From Octopus vulgaris (taxonomy: Eukaryota): a stretch of 64,000 nt of DNA. The notes beneath the pieces were generated by a model. That model saw nothing but the letters and a program-made list of their open reading frames with translations. It had not been told where the DNA came from and searched no databases. The translations under genes were made by a program, and so were the position numbers. Shown here piece by piece: positions 1-13,097 of the stretch; position 1 is the stretch's first letter, and each line of letters opens with the position of its first letter. The DNA is taken from assembly GCA_951406725.2 (NCBI GenBank), contig OX597817.1:129704001-129768000 (forward strand), read 5' to 3'.

Positions 1-294
1 ATACACTCCAGATAAAATTACCATCTAGTGAAGCGAATGAGGAATTACGCCTCGGAGGAATTTACGGCGTGAGTGACAACTCCTAGTAGCCATAGATGTT
101 GAATACTAATTTATGCGGTTAGCAGTAACCTGGAACATAACTGAGAGATACCACAATAACCACCTCGATAATATATCCCTACTCGTCTAGCCAGAGGGCT
201 GGTATCATTCAAAAGCTACAGCAGTGCAATAAAGCGCATTGTGATCAGAGGTGTATAACAACATCGGATAGACTGGTCGATATTTTGATACAAT

Positions 295-340
<46 letters not shown>

Positions 341-1803
341 CATACGACAAGCTTCCAGACAGCAAATTCGCTCACAGGGCATTGGTCGTCCCGGAGCAAT
401 AGTCTGTAACAGGATCTATAAATCTCGGATACGTCTGAATTCCTGTATGAGACGACACTGTAGAACATCGAACTGAGAACTCTGTACAGCTATGACCTGC
501 TGAATCTCCATTTGCCGAAGCAAAGCGACGACAGAGTCTAATACAAAACATATAATACATATAAATATGTGTATGCTTGCAGGCATATATGTGACTCTTA
601 ATATACTTGTTATGTATATGTGTAAGCATATATCTATACAGATGTGTAGATGAAATGGGTATTGTTTCCGAGGGTGGTGTACTGAGGTAATTGTGTGTTC
701 TGTGAATTGAAACTTAAACCTACATATAGACCCATTCCTACAACGATGTATTTGAGAGATTGTTGGACCCTCCTGGGATCATGAAATCTTTTCAAAGTTT
801 TATATCACACACTACTTAACCTTTCACCATAATATCAAATGAGACGGCTTGACTATACTAACCTTTAAACTTATCTCTTTCTCTACTCCTCTTTCTCTGC
901 TTCTCTATTTGTCTTTCTCTCTCTCTCTCTCTGTCTCCCCCTCTCTCTCTGTCTCCTCTCTCTCTCTCTCTATCTCTTTCTCAATCTTTCACTCACACAC
1001 TCTCATATAGACATTCTCCTTCTCTGTCACTCTCCTTCTCAAAACAAACCTTTTCTTTTCTCCTAGTCTCGTATGAAATAAAAAGCTTCCTTTTACTATA
1101 ACATCTTATATACTTCTCTTCCATTTGTTTGTCTGTCTTCTTATCTATCTCTCCCTGCCTGTGTATACATACATACATACATACATACATACATACATAC
1201 ATACATACATACATACATACATACATACATACATACATACATGCATTTATACACACATAAACGTTTGTGTATAAAATATTGTTATACGCTTAAAACTATA
1301 AATTATATGTATGTAAATCTATCTATCTATCGTATACTTACAAAAAAACACGCACACACATTATGTATACATATAGACATTCAGACATACACACACACGC
1401 AGACACACGCATATATATGTATATATGTATGCATGTATATAAATACACACGCACACACATATACAAGCATAGTTATATATTCGTGCGTATGTATATTTGT
1501 TCGTATGTGTACAAATATTGATAAACGGTAAGGTAGATGACAACATCATTTACTGATAAAAGCGCCATTCCTCCGGGTCCCCCTATCTGATAAATTACCC
1601 ATACTGCTAGACTTTTATTATCAGAAGGATCCAATAGACTTTAGTCATTACATTCCTATAATAACAGCAATGCAATATGGTAGAGTTTATTTTTAAATTC
1701 ATCTCATCATCGGTGGTCTATTTCTAGAACTTCAGACATCTTTACGTATGGTTGTATAAGTGAGTGTGTGTGTGTGTTGTATTTGTATAAATATGAATAT
1801 ATG

Positions 1804-1875
<72 letters not shown>

Positions 1876-1882
1876 CATATAC

Positions 1883-1914
<32 letters not shown>

Positions 1915-1989
1915 GTATGTATGTATGAATGTATGAATGTATATATATATGTATGTATGTATATATACATATATATACATATATATATG

Positions 1990-2034
<45 letters not shown>

Positions 2035-2410
2035 GTATGTATATATATATATATACATATGTATGTTCACATAAATTTACATATATACATACATATATGC
2101 ATATATATATGCATATATATGTATATACTCAGTAGTGTGTGTGTGTGTATGTGTGTGTGTATGTGTGTGTGTGTGTGTGCGTGTGTGTGTACACATATTC
2201 GGTAATAAAACCCGTGGATTACTCCACTGGGTATATCATAATTAGTATGAGCGTCGTATTTTTCACTAAAAGTACTCAGCAAACATGCAGATAAATTATG
2301 TAGCATTTGGGGTTGATACATGATATAAAGGAAATATGCATGTTGTTATATCGTAGCAAATATTCGGTTATAGGGTGTTCTGTTTCACGTTGTGCATATT
2401 TCATCAGGCG

Positions 2411-3272
2411 GGGTAAAAAGACAGAATGTCCTCCGTGATCAATAGTTACGTGGTGTTAAATATGAAAGCGTCTGGTGAGAAGAAACGTACAAAAAACATG
2501 CTTTTGTATCCAGTCGAATAAAACTGCCAACGAACATATATCGTCTGTGACGATATATAATGTGTATGTGTGAGTGTGTGTAACAATATGTCACAGTACC
2601 AAATATAACCATATAACAATAAGCAATGTAACAATAGTTGGTTATCTTATAATAACCGTTCGCGCAATGACAACCCAATACTCCAACGCAGAATTTATAA
2701 CGAGACTAACGCCCTCATAGTTCGACCTCAAATGTCTACTGGCTTACAGTAAGATCCCCTGTAGTTGTTGGTGTAAGAGAGATCTCCCTTCTTTGGTACT
2801 GGAACGATGTTACTGATCCTCCACTGATTCAGGGCAACCCTTTTTTCCAGTGCCGAGTTACAGAATTTCAGGACATCATCAAAATCACACCTTCATCATC
2901 TCTGGTACTACTCAATCTTCTCCATGGGCCTTACCCTCCGGGATAAAAAGACAGAATGTCTTCTGTGATCAATAATTACGTGGGGTTAAATTTGAAAGTG
3001 TTTGGTGAGAAGAAACGTACAAAAAGTATGCTTTTGTATCCAGCCGAGTAAAACTGCCAACGAGCATATTATATCGTCAGTGACGATATATAACGTGTAT
3101 GTAACAATATGTCACAGTACCAAACATAACCTAACCGTATAACAATAAGCAAGGTAACAATAGTTGCTTATCTTATAATAACTGTTCGCACAATGACAAT
3201 CCAATACTCCAACACAGAACCAATAACGAAACTAACGCTCGTATAGTTCGGCCTCAACTGTCTACTGGTTCA
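2411..3272 (-). mobile_element. Pair of ~335-bp diverged direct repeats (2411-2745, 2941-3272), LTR-like, flanking a ~195-bp spacer
   Basis: Both copies read GG(G/A)TAAAAAGACAGAATGTC...ATAGTTCG(A/G)CCTCAA(A/C)TGTCTACTGG. The minus strand of copy 1 begins TGTAAG. A canonical CA end and a TSD are not clear. Confidence 0.55.
2750..2942 (-). pseudogene. RTE-clade LINE reverse transcriptase N-terminal fragment
   Basis: Manual translation: EGKAHGED*VVPEMMK / RCDFDDVLKFCNSALEKRVALNQWRISNIVPVPKKGDLSYTNNYRG, matching the LINE W..S.I.P.PKKGD...NYRGI motif. One stop and one frameshift. Confidence 0.75.
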
Positions 3273-4425
3273 TCTATTTATAAGACTCGTCCAGTCCACT
3301 GACAGTCACGTGCGGGGTGTCAGTTCACTCTAAAACAACAGAGCGGAAACCGCTTTATAGTATTCAATATGAATTTTACTTCATATAGGCCCACAAATAT
3401 GTATACTCACAGGAAGTTTGTATAAGTTTGTAAACTGGTAATACATAGTGAACCAGTAATTGCAAAGGGAGATAAAGAAGTGCATTAAACAATTTTTGTT
3501 TGTCAAATTTTGACCTTTTAATCATTCGGTATTTTTATGAAAGAGAAGGAAAATATTGAATAATGAGGAGAATTTAATAAATGAAAAGTTTCGATAAATA
3601 ATAACTTAAGGTTTTGCTTATGCCTTCAACATACAACTCCCTTGCAATACGTTTTTATTTATTCATTTATTTATTACTTTTTATATAAATATGCTTAGAA
3701 TATTACAGCTGCCTATGTTGATAGGAAATCTCCTTTAACATTGAAAGTAAAAGTCTTTTAAGATCGTTATTCTTATTATTCTTCCGTCAAATATTTCAAA
3801 ATGCAGATTTTTGATCTCGACATTATTATTCTGAGTTTTCATGCTTTCAAGCTTTCCGCGTTCTAATTTTCCGGTCATGTATTTATATAGGTGTATTTTG
3901 CAAAGATGAATTGAGAAAGGTATGCATAATCATCATTTGAAGCAACGGTTGTTTGATTGAGGAGGGGAGAGGTGTGATAACGCTCCTCAGATTCGCTCAT
4001 TGAACTGAAGTAATTTCTTTCTTACCTTGGCAATTTTACTTTTATAGCATTTTCATCTCTGAGTATTTTCATTTTTATTATTTTTATTTCTTATTGACAA
4101 CACATGGCTCTTGAGAAAGCTTAAAATAGGAGAAATAGCCTTTAAATCATTTAAAGCTTCAGTGTTTATGGATGATGGTGGTGGTGGTGGAGACAGAAAG
4201 AGAGAGACAGACAGACAGACAGAGAGAGGGAGAGGGGGAGAGAGTGTTATGTCACATGTTCGGATGCCTCTACTACTCAACTCTACTCTGCTACTCTCCT
4301 ACTACGACTGCTACTCTTGACGTCTAGGCTTCTCTATATATATCTACGTATTGGGCTAGCCTACTTCATCGTCTGAGGGCGTCCACACAACAGAGAGAGA
4401 GAGAGAGGGAGAGAGAAAGAGAGGA

Positions 4426-4456
<31 letters not shown>

Positions 4457-4462
4457 AAGAGA

Positions 4463-4496
<34 letters not shown>

Positions 4497-4699
4497 AATC
4501 CTTGAAGGAACGTTCAAATTGTTTCACAATTTACTTAAATAATTTGAAACACTCATCTTGACTTAAGATTGGAAATGCCCCCATCTTCCACTGAAAATCC
4601 TGGTAGTTTATATCAGTATGTTTCTGTAGTGATGTTAGAAAGAAACTGATATGTGTGAACATGAATAAGGGTGTGTTTGAAAGTTCCTATAAAGAACTA

Positions 4700-4900
4700 C
4701 GAGCATATATGTGGTTCAAATGTACAGAATACAAAAGACATAAACAGGTGAGGGAATAACAAGCAGGTATATTAGTTTGACGCTGAGGAAAATGAAAAAG
4801 TCTTTGACGTTTCGAGCCTACGCTCTTCGATTGAAAAGGATGAGCGAAAAAAAGGGGAGAGAGAAGAAAAGCACAAAAACGGAGAGGGGAAAAACATGTC
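4700..4900 (-). mobile_element. Non-coding Penelope-pLTR-like repeat with degenerate hammerhead motif (4801-4838)
   Basis: Shares TATTAGT..ACGCT.AGGAA...AGTCTTT.ACGTTTCGAGCCTACGCTCTTC with 39361-39490. Confidence 0.5.
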
Positions 4901-4944
4901 GGGATTAATGATTCGTCATTCTGAGATGCCTAAGTTTTGTGATT

Positions 4945-5152
4945 CTTTTATTTCAGTCATTGGACTGTGGCTATGCCAGGACAGTGCCTTGAAGTGCTTA
5001 GTCGAGAATTTGGACCTCACAACCTATTTTAAGTCTGGTACTTATTCAAGCATCTCTTTTACGGAGATTTAAACAAGTCTACTACGGTTATCAAGCGATA
5101 AGGCGGTGGAGGAGGGAGTCACAAAAGCAAACACACAAACACACAGACACAA

Positions 5153-5184
<32 letters not shown>

Positions 5185-5388
5185 ACATACACATATACAC
5201 ACACAAACACACACACAAACACACACACACAAACACATACACACACACTTGAAAGTTTTCCACAAAGTTTCAGTCGACCAAATTCACTCACAAAGGATTC
5301 GTCAGCCTAGGGCTGTTGTAGAAGAAAACCTTCCCAAGTTGCCACGAGGTGCGATTGAACCAGAAAGCCATGTGGTTAGGAACAAGTG
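4945..5388 (-). mobile_element. tRNA-derived SINE, family A (degenerate, central CA microsatellite)
   Basis: Colinear similarity to the better preserved copies at 37853-38228 and 59357-59866. Confidence 0.7.
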
Positions 5389-5860
5389 AAACATGTCTAA
5401 TGAACACCCATCGCATAAAGTAGAAGACGTTCTCATGTGGCGACGAACAACATGTAAAATGATATTCACATTCAATTCTACCAGAAGGTATTAAGAATGA
5501 ACACACCCCGTGAATTATTATTATTTCCTTATTTATTAGTATTTTCAAAAGATTATATCGCGAAAAATATTTAACAAGATTCCACATACTAACATGGTGT
5601 AAAATATTGTTAAATACCTAAAATCCATTTTTCTGAATAATTTCCGCCTCATAAATTCGTCTAAATCGCTTGAGAACAAGAGCTAACATTTTAAAAATAA
5701 TCTTGTGAGAATGTCGACAGTTATATTTCTTGAGAAAATATTGTTTCACTAATGTAATTTACGGATAAATATGTGGTATGTAGGAATTCTGTTTTATAAA
5801 TTTCTTTTAACTTTAAAAAGTCAAATAATGAATCAAAAATTTGTGTGAGCTGTAATATTA

Positions 5861-6062
5861 GTTTCAAATTTTGACATTAGGCCAACAAGTTCAGAGAAGG
5901 GGTTAAACCGATTACACAGGTCTGTACTGTTGCTTATTTTATCGCCCCCAAAAGGATGAAAGGCAAGGACAAACCCGGCGGAATTTGATTTCAGTAAAGG
6001 TGGACGAAATGCCGCTAAGCATTTTGTCCTGAGCGCTAACGATTGTGCCAGCTAGCCGCCTT
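5861..6062 (-). mobile_element. SINE family B (Meta-domain-like)
   Basis: Reverse complement carries GCCTTTCATCCTTTTGGGGCGATAAAATAAG, shared with about 12 other copies in the window. Confidence 0.7.
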
Positions 6063-6699
6063 AACAGATAGGCTCAACGGGCCACGATCGTGGTCGTCAG
6101 GCACAGATCGACAGGCCACGATCGTGGCCCAGATAGATGTATTTCATTTATGGGCATTTACTAGGGTCTAATGTCACTCAAACGCTCCGATACCCCCCAG
6201 AATGCAAGAGGACTAATAATTCAACTAATGACTTTTCAGATGATGTAAAACTTACCACCAATATATACTAAGAAGATATTAACTAATTTTTGTCTTTTAT
6301 GTGTGCATGGCAGTCTCATTTTCATAAAATGTGCTCAGCAGTCCATGCTATGTGAGTGCAAATCCCAGCGCTTTATGGGTTTAGAGAGTTAGAATATTGT
6401 AAAGAGACAAAAAAAAAAAGAACCTCCAAAAACAAATAGTTTTTGAAATAATGAATCAACGCTGATATTATATAAGCATCATTATTTTCAGTAATAAAGC
6501 CAATACTGACTGGAAATCAATGCCTTATAATATAGTTTATCAATTGTTTGCTTCGTAATATTTACAAAAAATTATCTTCAAAACATGTCTATATGTGTGG
6601 GTGAGTGTGTGTGTGTATGTGTGTGTGTGTGTGTGCACGTGCGCGTGTATATGTGTGTGTTTATAAATATATGTATGTATAAACTTTACTCAAGTCAGA

Positions 6700-7050
6700 A
6701 GGATCGGTACCTTTGTCGTGCCAGCTGAGAACCATTGCGAAACATTAAATGGTAGCAGCATATCTCAAACTCTGAAGTTTTGAGAAAGGCTGGCTTTCAA
6801 TCCATACGCCATCTGTTCATGCAAAGGAATCTTCGTTGGACAGGCCACATTGTCAAATTTGGCGATGATAGAATCTCATAGAAAGTGCTGTTCTCGCAAC
6901 TAGCAGATGGCTATTGAAACCTTAGTAGACCAAAGTTGAGATCAAGGACACTGTCAAGCGGAATCTTAAAAATGTATTGATCTCCATTGAGAAGTGGTAC
7001 CGTTTAGCCGATGATCACATTTTCTGAAGAATTTGATTCATAGAGTCAGT
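6700..7050 (+). pseudogene. RTE-clade LINE ORF C-terminal fragment
   Basis: Translation HISNSEVLRKAGFQSIRHLFMQRNLRWTGHIVKFGDDRIS*KVLFSQL...RPKLR.KDTVKRNLK matches the RTE LRW.GH..R...R.P..V.F..L...GRP..R.KD tail. Stops and frameshifts present. Confidence 0.8.
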
Positions 7051-8169
7051 CATGATTGTTGGCACACTCTTCCAAGTGTTACAAATCGCAATTACAGTTT
7101 GGAACAAGTAATCTATTTTAATTAACTCGATAGGAATAATTGAAATGTTTTACAAATGATTTCATTTTGTCTTGTTTATTTTTTATTTAGTTATGAGGAT
7201 TCATTAAGTTTCCCGAAATCTCCTTTTGAAACAAACAAAATATAGAAAATGATATTGACTGAGTATTCTATATCACAGCAGAAAAATGTACATGTATTTC
7301 TTATATTTACATTTGGTGATAAAGTAAGACATTTTCTATATATGACCCAAGAGTAATCACTTAAAAATGTAATGCCAATATCGATAATAGTGGAAGAAAA
7401 TTTTGTCTTTTTCGGATATGTCTGTGTATTCCCAAGGTTCTACTAATGTAAATAGAAGTGGGGAGAGAAGGTGAGTGCATTATGTATTTGGGGGTGGGAT
7501 CAATTTACAGAGTAATGAAGAAATTTGATGAGGAGAAAAGGTGAGAGAAAAAGACAGTATGGAAGAAAAAAGAAAGGAGAGAGTTAAGAGTTAAGAGAGC
7601 AAATGTAAAACAAATATGAAAGGTTTTTATATATACATACATGCATACGTACATATGCATGCGTACATATATACATACATACATACATACACATATGAAT
7701 ACATTCATAAATACATACTCATACACATATATGCACACAAAGTTATACACATGCAGATACGCATGAAACTGTGCACAGGCATATAGGTATACGTATGCAG
7801 TTGTGTATAAATACAAACAAAAACGTATATGAATGTAAGAATATAACAAAAATAACTGATACAGTTTTTGTCTCTACAACTAACGTTATTTTCAGGATTC
7901 AGTTAAGGGCGTAAAACAAGAATTATTTTCATATTTCATTTTCTCTGTCTGTAACTAGAACTAGACGAAGACGAAATGAAATCGTCTCGTCTAGCTCTGA
8001 AGTATATTGTGTTTTCAATACACTACGTCTATATAGAGGAATCTTTTCCCAGACGACCGCTGCAGCTTCTAAGTTTACATATACGTTAAGTATCTCATAT
8101 AGATAAAGATTTTAATGTAAAACTGTTTCTGTTGCATATTTTGAATATATATACATGATATACATAATG

Positions 8170-8394
8170 AGTCTCCCCAAGTCATATAGACTCATAAGGT
8201 CGGTTTCCTAGTTTCTGTGCTGCATATATAAACCCTTGGATGGGTCGACGGTCCGTCGCAGAATTACTCATTTTCGCCAACTGAGTGGACTGGAAGGTGA
8301 AATGAAGAACACAGCGAGTCGTCCAGTATAGGTATCGAAACCACAGTTTTGCGAACATGAGTCCAGCACACTGACAACTAAGCCACATGCCTCC
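8170..8394 (-). mobile_element. tRNA-derived SINE (family C-like)
   Basis: Reverse complement has A-box-like TGGCTTAGTTG and B-box-like GTTTCGATACC, then TCCAGTCCACTCAG shared with 18077-18390. Confidence 0.6.
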
Positions 8395-8856
8395 ACATAC
8401 ACACACGCACGTTCACGCACGCACACACACACACACATACATACACACAAACACATACACACAAGTACACACGCACATACGCACTTACACACACACACAC
8501 ACACACACTCATGGTGTGTATCTGAGGTATACATACACATGTAAAGACAAATGCACAAGTACACAATCATACTGAGAAGCAAGAAATAATTATGACACAT
8601 TACAAAGTAATAATTAAACTGAGTGTGCAGAGTAGGGAGTGTTTACGCGGTTGTTGGCCTGTGACATTTCACACAACTCCACCTCGTTGATCTTCCAATA
8701 ACTATTTTGCTATAGCAACATGTCTGGATCTGTCTGTTTACTAAGCATCTTTACCGCCACTTCACTAATTCTTCCTACCACCACTCCCATTTCATCTAAT
8801 TTCTTTTCCTTTCATTTAAATCTCTCCATTCTCTCTCTGTCTCCATATCCGTCTCT

Positions 8857-8905
<49 letters not shown>

Positions 8906-9034
8906 CTCTTTCTTTCTCTGTGAGTTTCACTTACCCTCTGTTCCCAAAGATGGAGCCTTGTATCTTTGTTGGAAACCGGCTCCCTCCTTAGTGGAAGATT
9001 TATAATAATTAAAAAATAGAGGAGACATACACAT

Positions 9035-9084
<50 letters not shown>

Positions 9085-9668
9085 AATACATACATACATG
9101 CATGCATGCATGCATACATACATACATACATACATACATACATACATACATACATACATACATACATACATACATACACACATGTGGATATATGACGGGC
9201 TGCCATAAAATTCCAGCGTTCCGACTTCAGTCAAGTCATTGGTTGGCCCGGGACTAGAATAGAAATCACTTGTTTCAAGCGCTGCGCTGTAGGACTGAGA
9301 CCGAAACCTGTAGCTGCCAAACGAACTTGCTAACCACGCAGCCATGTCTGATCTCTCTCCCTCTCTGACTTTCCACCTCTTCAACTCAAACTCGATGTGT
9401 CTATCTCTATATAATAATTATATTTCTGTCTGTCTAGTCACCCGACTTGCTAAAAATAGCAGAGAAATCTATCTTAAAATAGGACACATTGGTTCCTCTG
9501 GTCATGGTGACTGTAATTTGTTTTTTAAACCTCGTTAACTGTTTACCTTTATCTTACTCTTACTTTTACTCTGTCGGTCTTATTTTCTCATCCCGTCTCT
9601 CGGTATCTTTGTATGTATGGCATTCTATTATCTCTTTCCTCTTTCCTGACCTTTCTCTCTCTCTCTCC

Positions 9669-9756
<88 letters not shown>

Positions 9757-9994
9757 GCCTCGATCCCCTTTGATCGGAATTCGACCCACTTTTTTTTCCT
9801 TCTTCCCAAAAAGAAGAGCTCTACTTTGTATTTTGTCCCCTCTGTGTTCAGCCCTGCGTGACCAATAAAGAAATATACCTATGCCTCTCGTCTTCGTGCA
9901 TGTATGTGTGTGTGAGCGTGTGTGTGTAAGTACGTGTGTTTGTGTGTATATGTGGCGTGTGTATGTACGTTTGTGTGTATGTGTATGTGTGAGA

Positions 9995-10031
<37 letters not shown>

Positions 10032-10535
10032 GTGTGATCGTCTATTTTAGCTATCATTCATTCACTTCTGTCTCTCCTTCTCTCACAGATTGTCTACCTC
10101 GCCCCTCTCATTATACCTCTCTCTTTTTTACCACTCAGCCCTTTTGTTTATCTATCTGCCTGGCCATAATCTTCCCCCATTTTAAAGTTATTCTCTCTTT
10201 CTGTCAATGTCTGTATCTTTCTTCCTCAAACTCTCCATCTGACTCTCAATGTGCGTGTATGTGTGTGTATGAGAGAGAGAGAGAGAGGAGGGGAGAGAAA
10301 GAGAGTAGAAGAAAGACAGTTTAAATAGACGGGAGAATTATATATGTCTCGATAGACATAGAAGAATGGGGTGAGAACCATTAAGAGGACAGGCGTCTCC
10401 ATGTGTTTCTGCCTCAATAAGAGTCATCAACACAATTGATCCACCCTAATTTCAGTAGCCAAGTGACTTCGTCATATATATATATGTACATACATGCAGC
10501 CATATGTATGTATGTATGTATGTATCTCTTTCTCC

Positions 10536-10594
<59 letters not shown>

Positions 10595-10842
10595 GAGATT
10601 ATTATTCCCCTTCTCTTTGTACTTTTTTGTTCTCTCTTTCCTTCTCTCACTCGCCACCACCACCACCACCACCTTACGCTAATTTTCCATTACTCTTTCT
10701 CTCTCTCTCGCTCATTCACTCTTTTTCTCGTTTATGACATAATCAACTTGAAAACCTATATCCATTCTCTCTTTCTTTCTACTATCATCTATTTGCATGT
10801 CTATGTATGTCTGATTATTAGGTTTTTCGCCCCCCCTCTCTC

Positions 10843-10895
<53 letters not shown>

Positions 10896-11154
10896 ATCTA
10901 TCTCTCCCTCTCAGTCTTTTCTCACTATCTCTATTACAGTGTTGTGTGTATGTGTATATGGAAGTACGTATGAATGTGAAAATATGGGTGTGTAGGACTT
11001 TGTGTGCGCATGAGCATAGATTTGGGAGTATGTGTGCGCGCGTATACCTCTCTATCTGTTTTAACCGAGTTTCTGCAAGTCTGAAAAATCCTTAACGCAG
11101 TCGTTCACTCTGTTAGAAATGGCAGCCAAATCTCATTCAGCTAACACTCTAGCA

Positions 11155-11436
11155 CAGTGTTTCTTAACTATTCTTTTTTTTACATATGAACCCCTTTGAT
11201 TCTAGTTTTCCTCTATAGGATCCCCCATCACCATTTGAAGTTTTAAAGAGTTCCATTATATTTTTATTATTAAAAATTATTAGAAATTGTATAAAATAAA
11301 TTGTTAAAATATTCAGTGTATTGTAGAAATATAACCGATTTCTTGCACATGATTTTCAACGACTAAATATTATATGGGCCACACGAGGGCCATACGGACC
11401 CCACAAGGGCCATACGGACCTCGGTTGAGTACCTCC
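11155..11436. mobile_element. hAT (Charlie-like) MITE
   Basis: Left end CAGTGTTTCTTAAC, degenerate right end GGTTGAGTACCTCC. 8-bp TSD CTCTAGCA/CACTAGCA resembles the NTCTAGAN preference. Subterminal 20-bp tandem AGGGCCATACGGACC. Confidence 0.55.
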
Positions 11437-11664
11437 CACTAGCATCTTCAAAAAGAAATTGCACATTGGATAATGTAGTTCTAGATACACTGTGTCTCAA
11501 TTCAAGCTGACCTGGAGCTAAATAGTAACTAGGTTTGTCTGTGTTTTTCTCAGTAGATAGTTAACCTCGGGTCAGCTCTAATGGATACGACCTTATAATC
11601 AAAGGCGCTAAAAAGCATGAATATGTTAGTGTGTAAGCGCACAAGTGTGTGTGTATGTGTGCGT

Positions 11665-11703
<39 letters not shown>

Positions 11704-12093
11704 TATGTGTGTGTGTGTGTGTGTATGTGCGGCTGTGAGCATGTGTGTGAATGTATAAGAGTGTGCGCATGTTAGTACAGGAATAAGAGGGTGCACAAAA
11801 ATATTTGACGCAAACGTCTGTATGCACTTGCTTCATGTATCTGTTTGTGCGCATATGTCTGTGTTCGTGTGTGTGTGCATGCGCGCGTGTTATGTATTCT
11901 GTTCTATTCTTACTGGGTTCTGAGCTTGTCCACAGCTGTCTTGAGTTTTCTTTTACTTTCGATAGTTTTCTATGATTATTCATTTATGTACGCATCTTTC
12001 TCCATATTTCTAAATAATTTGTCTGCTTCGCTTATCTTTCAGCCTGCTTGCAAATTTGTTTGTTTGATTGTTTGCATGTATGTATCTGCGTGG

Positions 12094-12158
<65 letters not shown>

Positions 12159-12292
12159 TGTGTGTGTCTGTGATGTGTGTGTGTATTCCTGTCTTATTTC
12201 TGGCAATACTGGTGCTGACTAGTGCCCTTAGCCACTTTAAATGACGTATGTATTTCTGCCTTTCAGTTCTAAAATTGAGATTAAGCTACCCT

Positions 12293-12324
<32 letters not shown>

Positions 12325-12434
12325 TGTATGTATGTATGTATTTATGTATGTATGTATGTATGTATGTATGTATGTATGTATGTATGTATGAATGTGAGTA
12401 TGTACGTATGTATGTATGTATGTATGTATGTATA

Positions 12435-12785
12435 TATAAAATACAAAATGGTACAAGAACGCAAAGCATCCGGACAGCTAGATGATACAAAAAAAGTCCA
12501 GATAGACAATACAAAGAAAACAAGGACAGATCATTCGGAGTTTTCTTTCCTCAGTCAAGCACCAGATTATCCTCGCAATTTCAGCTGGTTTTTCTTGAGG
12601 TTGCTCAAATCTGGCCAGCCCCAAGGAAAAACTAAGCAAAGAGCATTAGATTCCTTGGAAGAAAGCCGCGAATGTATACAAAAACAGGGACGTAAAAGAC
12701 GGACAATGTTAGACAGATATAAATACAAAAGAAATATACAATAAAAATAATAACAGGACATAACAACAGGTGTCTTTCGACTAAG

Positions 12786-12790
<5 letters not shown>
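12435..12790 (-). mobile_element. Non-coding repeat (A+B modules) between microsatellites
   Basis: Similar to 32010-32460, 32700-33185 and 22252-22330 (CAGTCAAGC..., ACAACAGGTGTCTTTCGACTAAGG). Confidence 0.55.
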
Positions 12791-12821
<31 letters not shown>

Positions 12822-12878
12822 GAAATTAACTTGTGTAAAAATCAGTAAGAAGAGTAATCCATCTAATGAAAGTCTAAT

Positions 12879-13046
12879 ATTACTATAAATGCTTCACATT
12901 ACATGCATTATATGCGCTACTAAATTTCACGTGCATAAGTACTTTCATCAGGCGTTGATTGAAAATGTTCAATCAACGCCTGATGAACGTACATGAAACT
13001 ATTAGTCGCACATATAATGCATGAGATATGAAGCATTTATAATAAT
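12879..13046. repeat. ~170-bp imperfect palindrome with a hammerhead-like motif in each arm
   Basis: Perfect 20-bp core TTCATCAGGCGTTGATTGAA / TTCAATCAACGCCTGATGAA around the loop AATG. Outer arms ATAAATGCTTCA..CATGCATTATATG also match. Confidence 0.9.
12978..13010 (+). ncRNA. Minimal type I hammerhead ribozyme-like motif
   Basis: GC-CTGATGA-ACGTACAT-GAAA-CTATTA-GTC-GC. Core CUGAUGA, GAAA and GUC triplet are intact and helix III is ACT/AGT. Helices I and II are short and eroded. Confidence 0.55.

Positions 13047-13097
<51 letters not shown>

Noticed and set aside
993-2205. Numerous ORFs of YI/CV/HT/MYVC repeats here and throughout the window
   Set aside because: They are translations of (TA)n, (CA)n and (TACA)n microsatellites that lack stop codons.
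4245-4392. TGTT...AACA-bounded 148-bp segment as a solo LTR
   Set aside because: Too short, single copy in the window, and any TSD is indistinguishable from the flanking GA repeat.
7957-7998. Hairpin CTAGACGA(A)GACGA...TCGTCTCGTCTAG
   Set aside because: Short isolated stem with no family context. Prokaryotic terminator logic does not apply.
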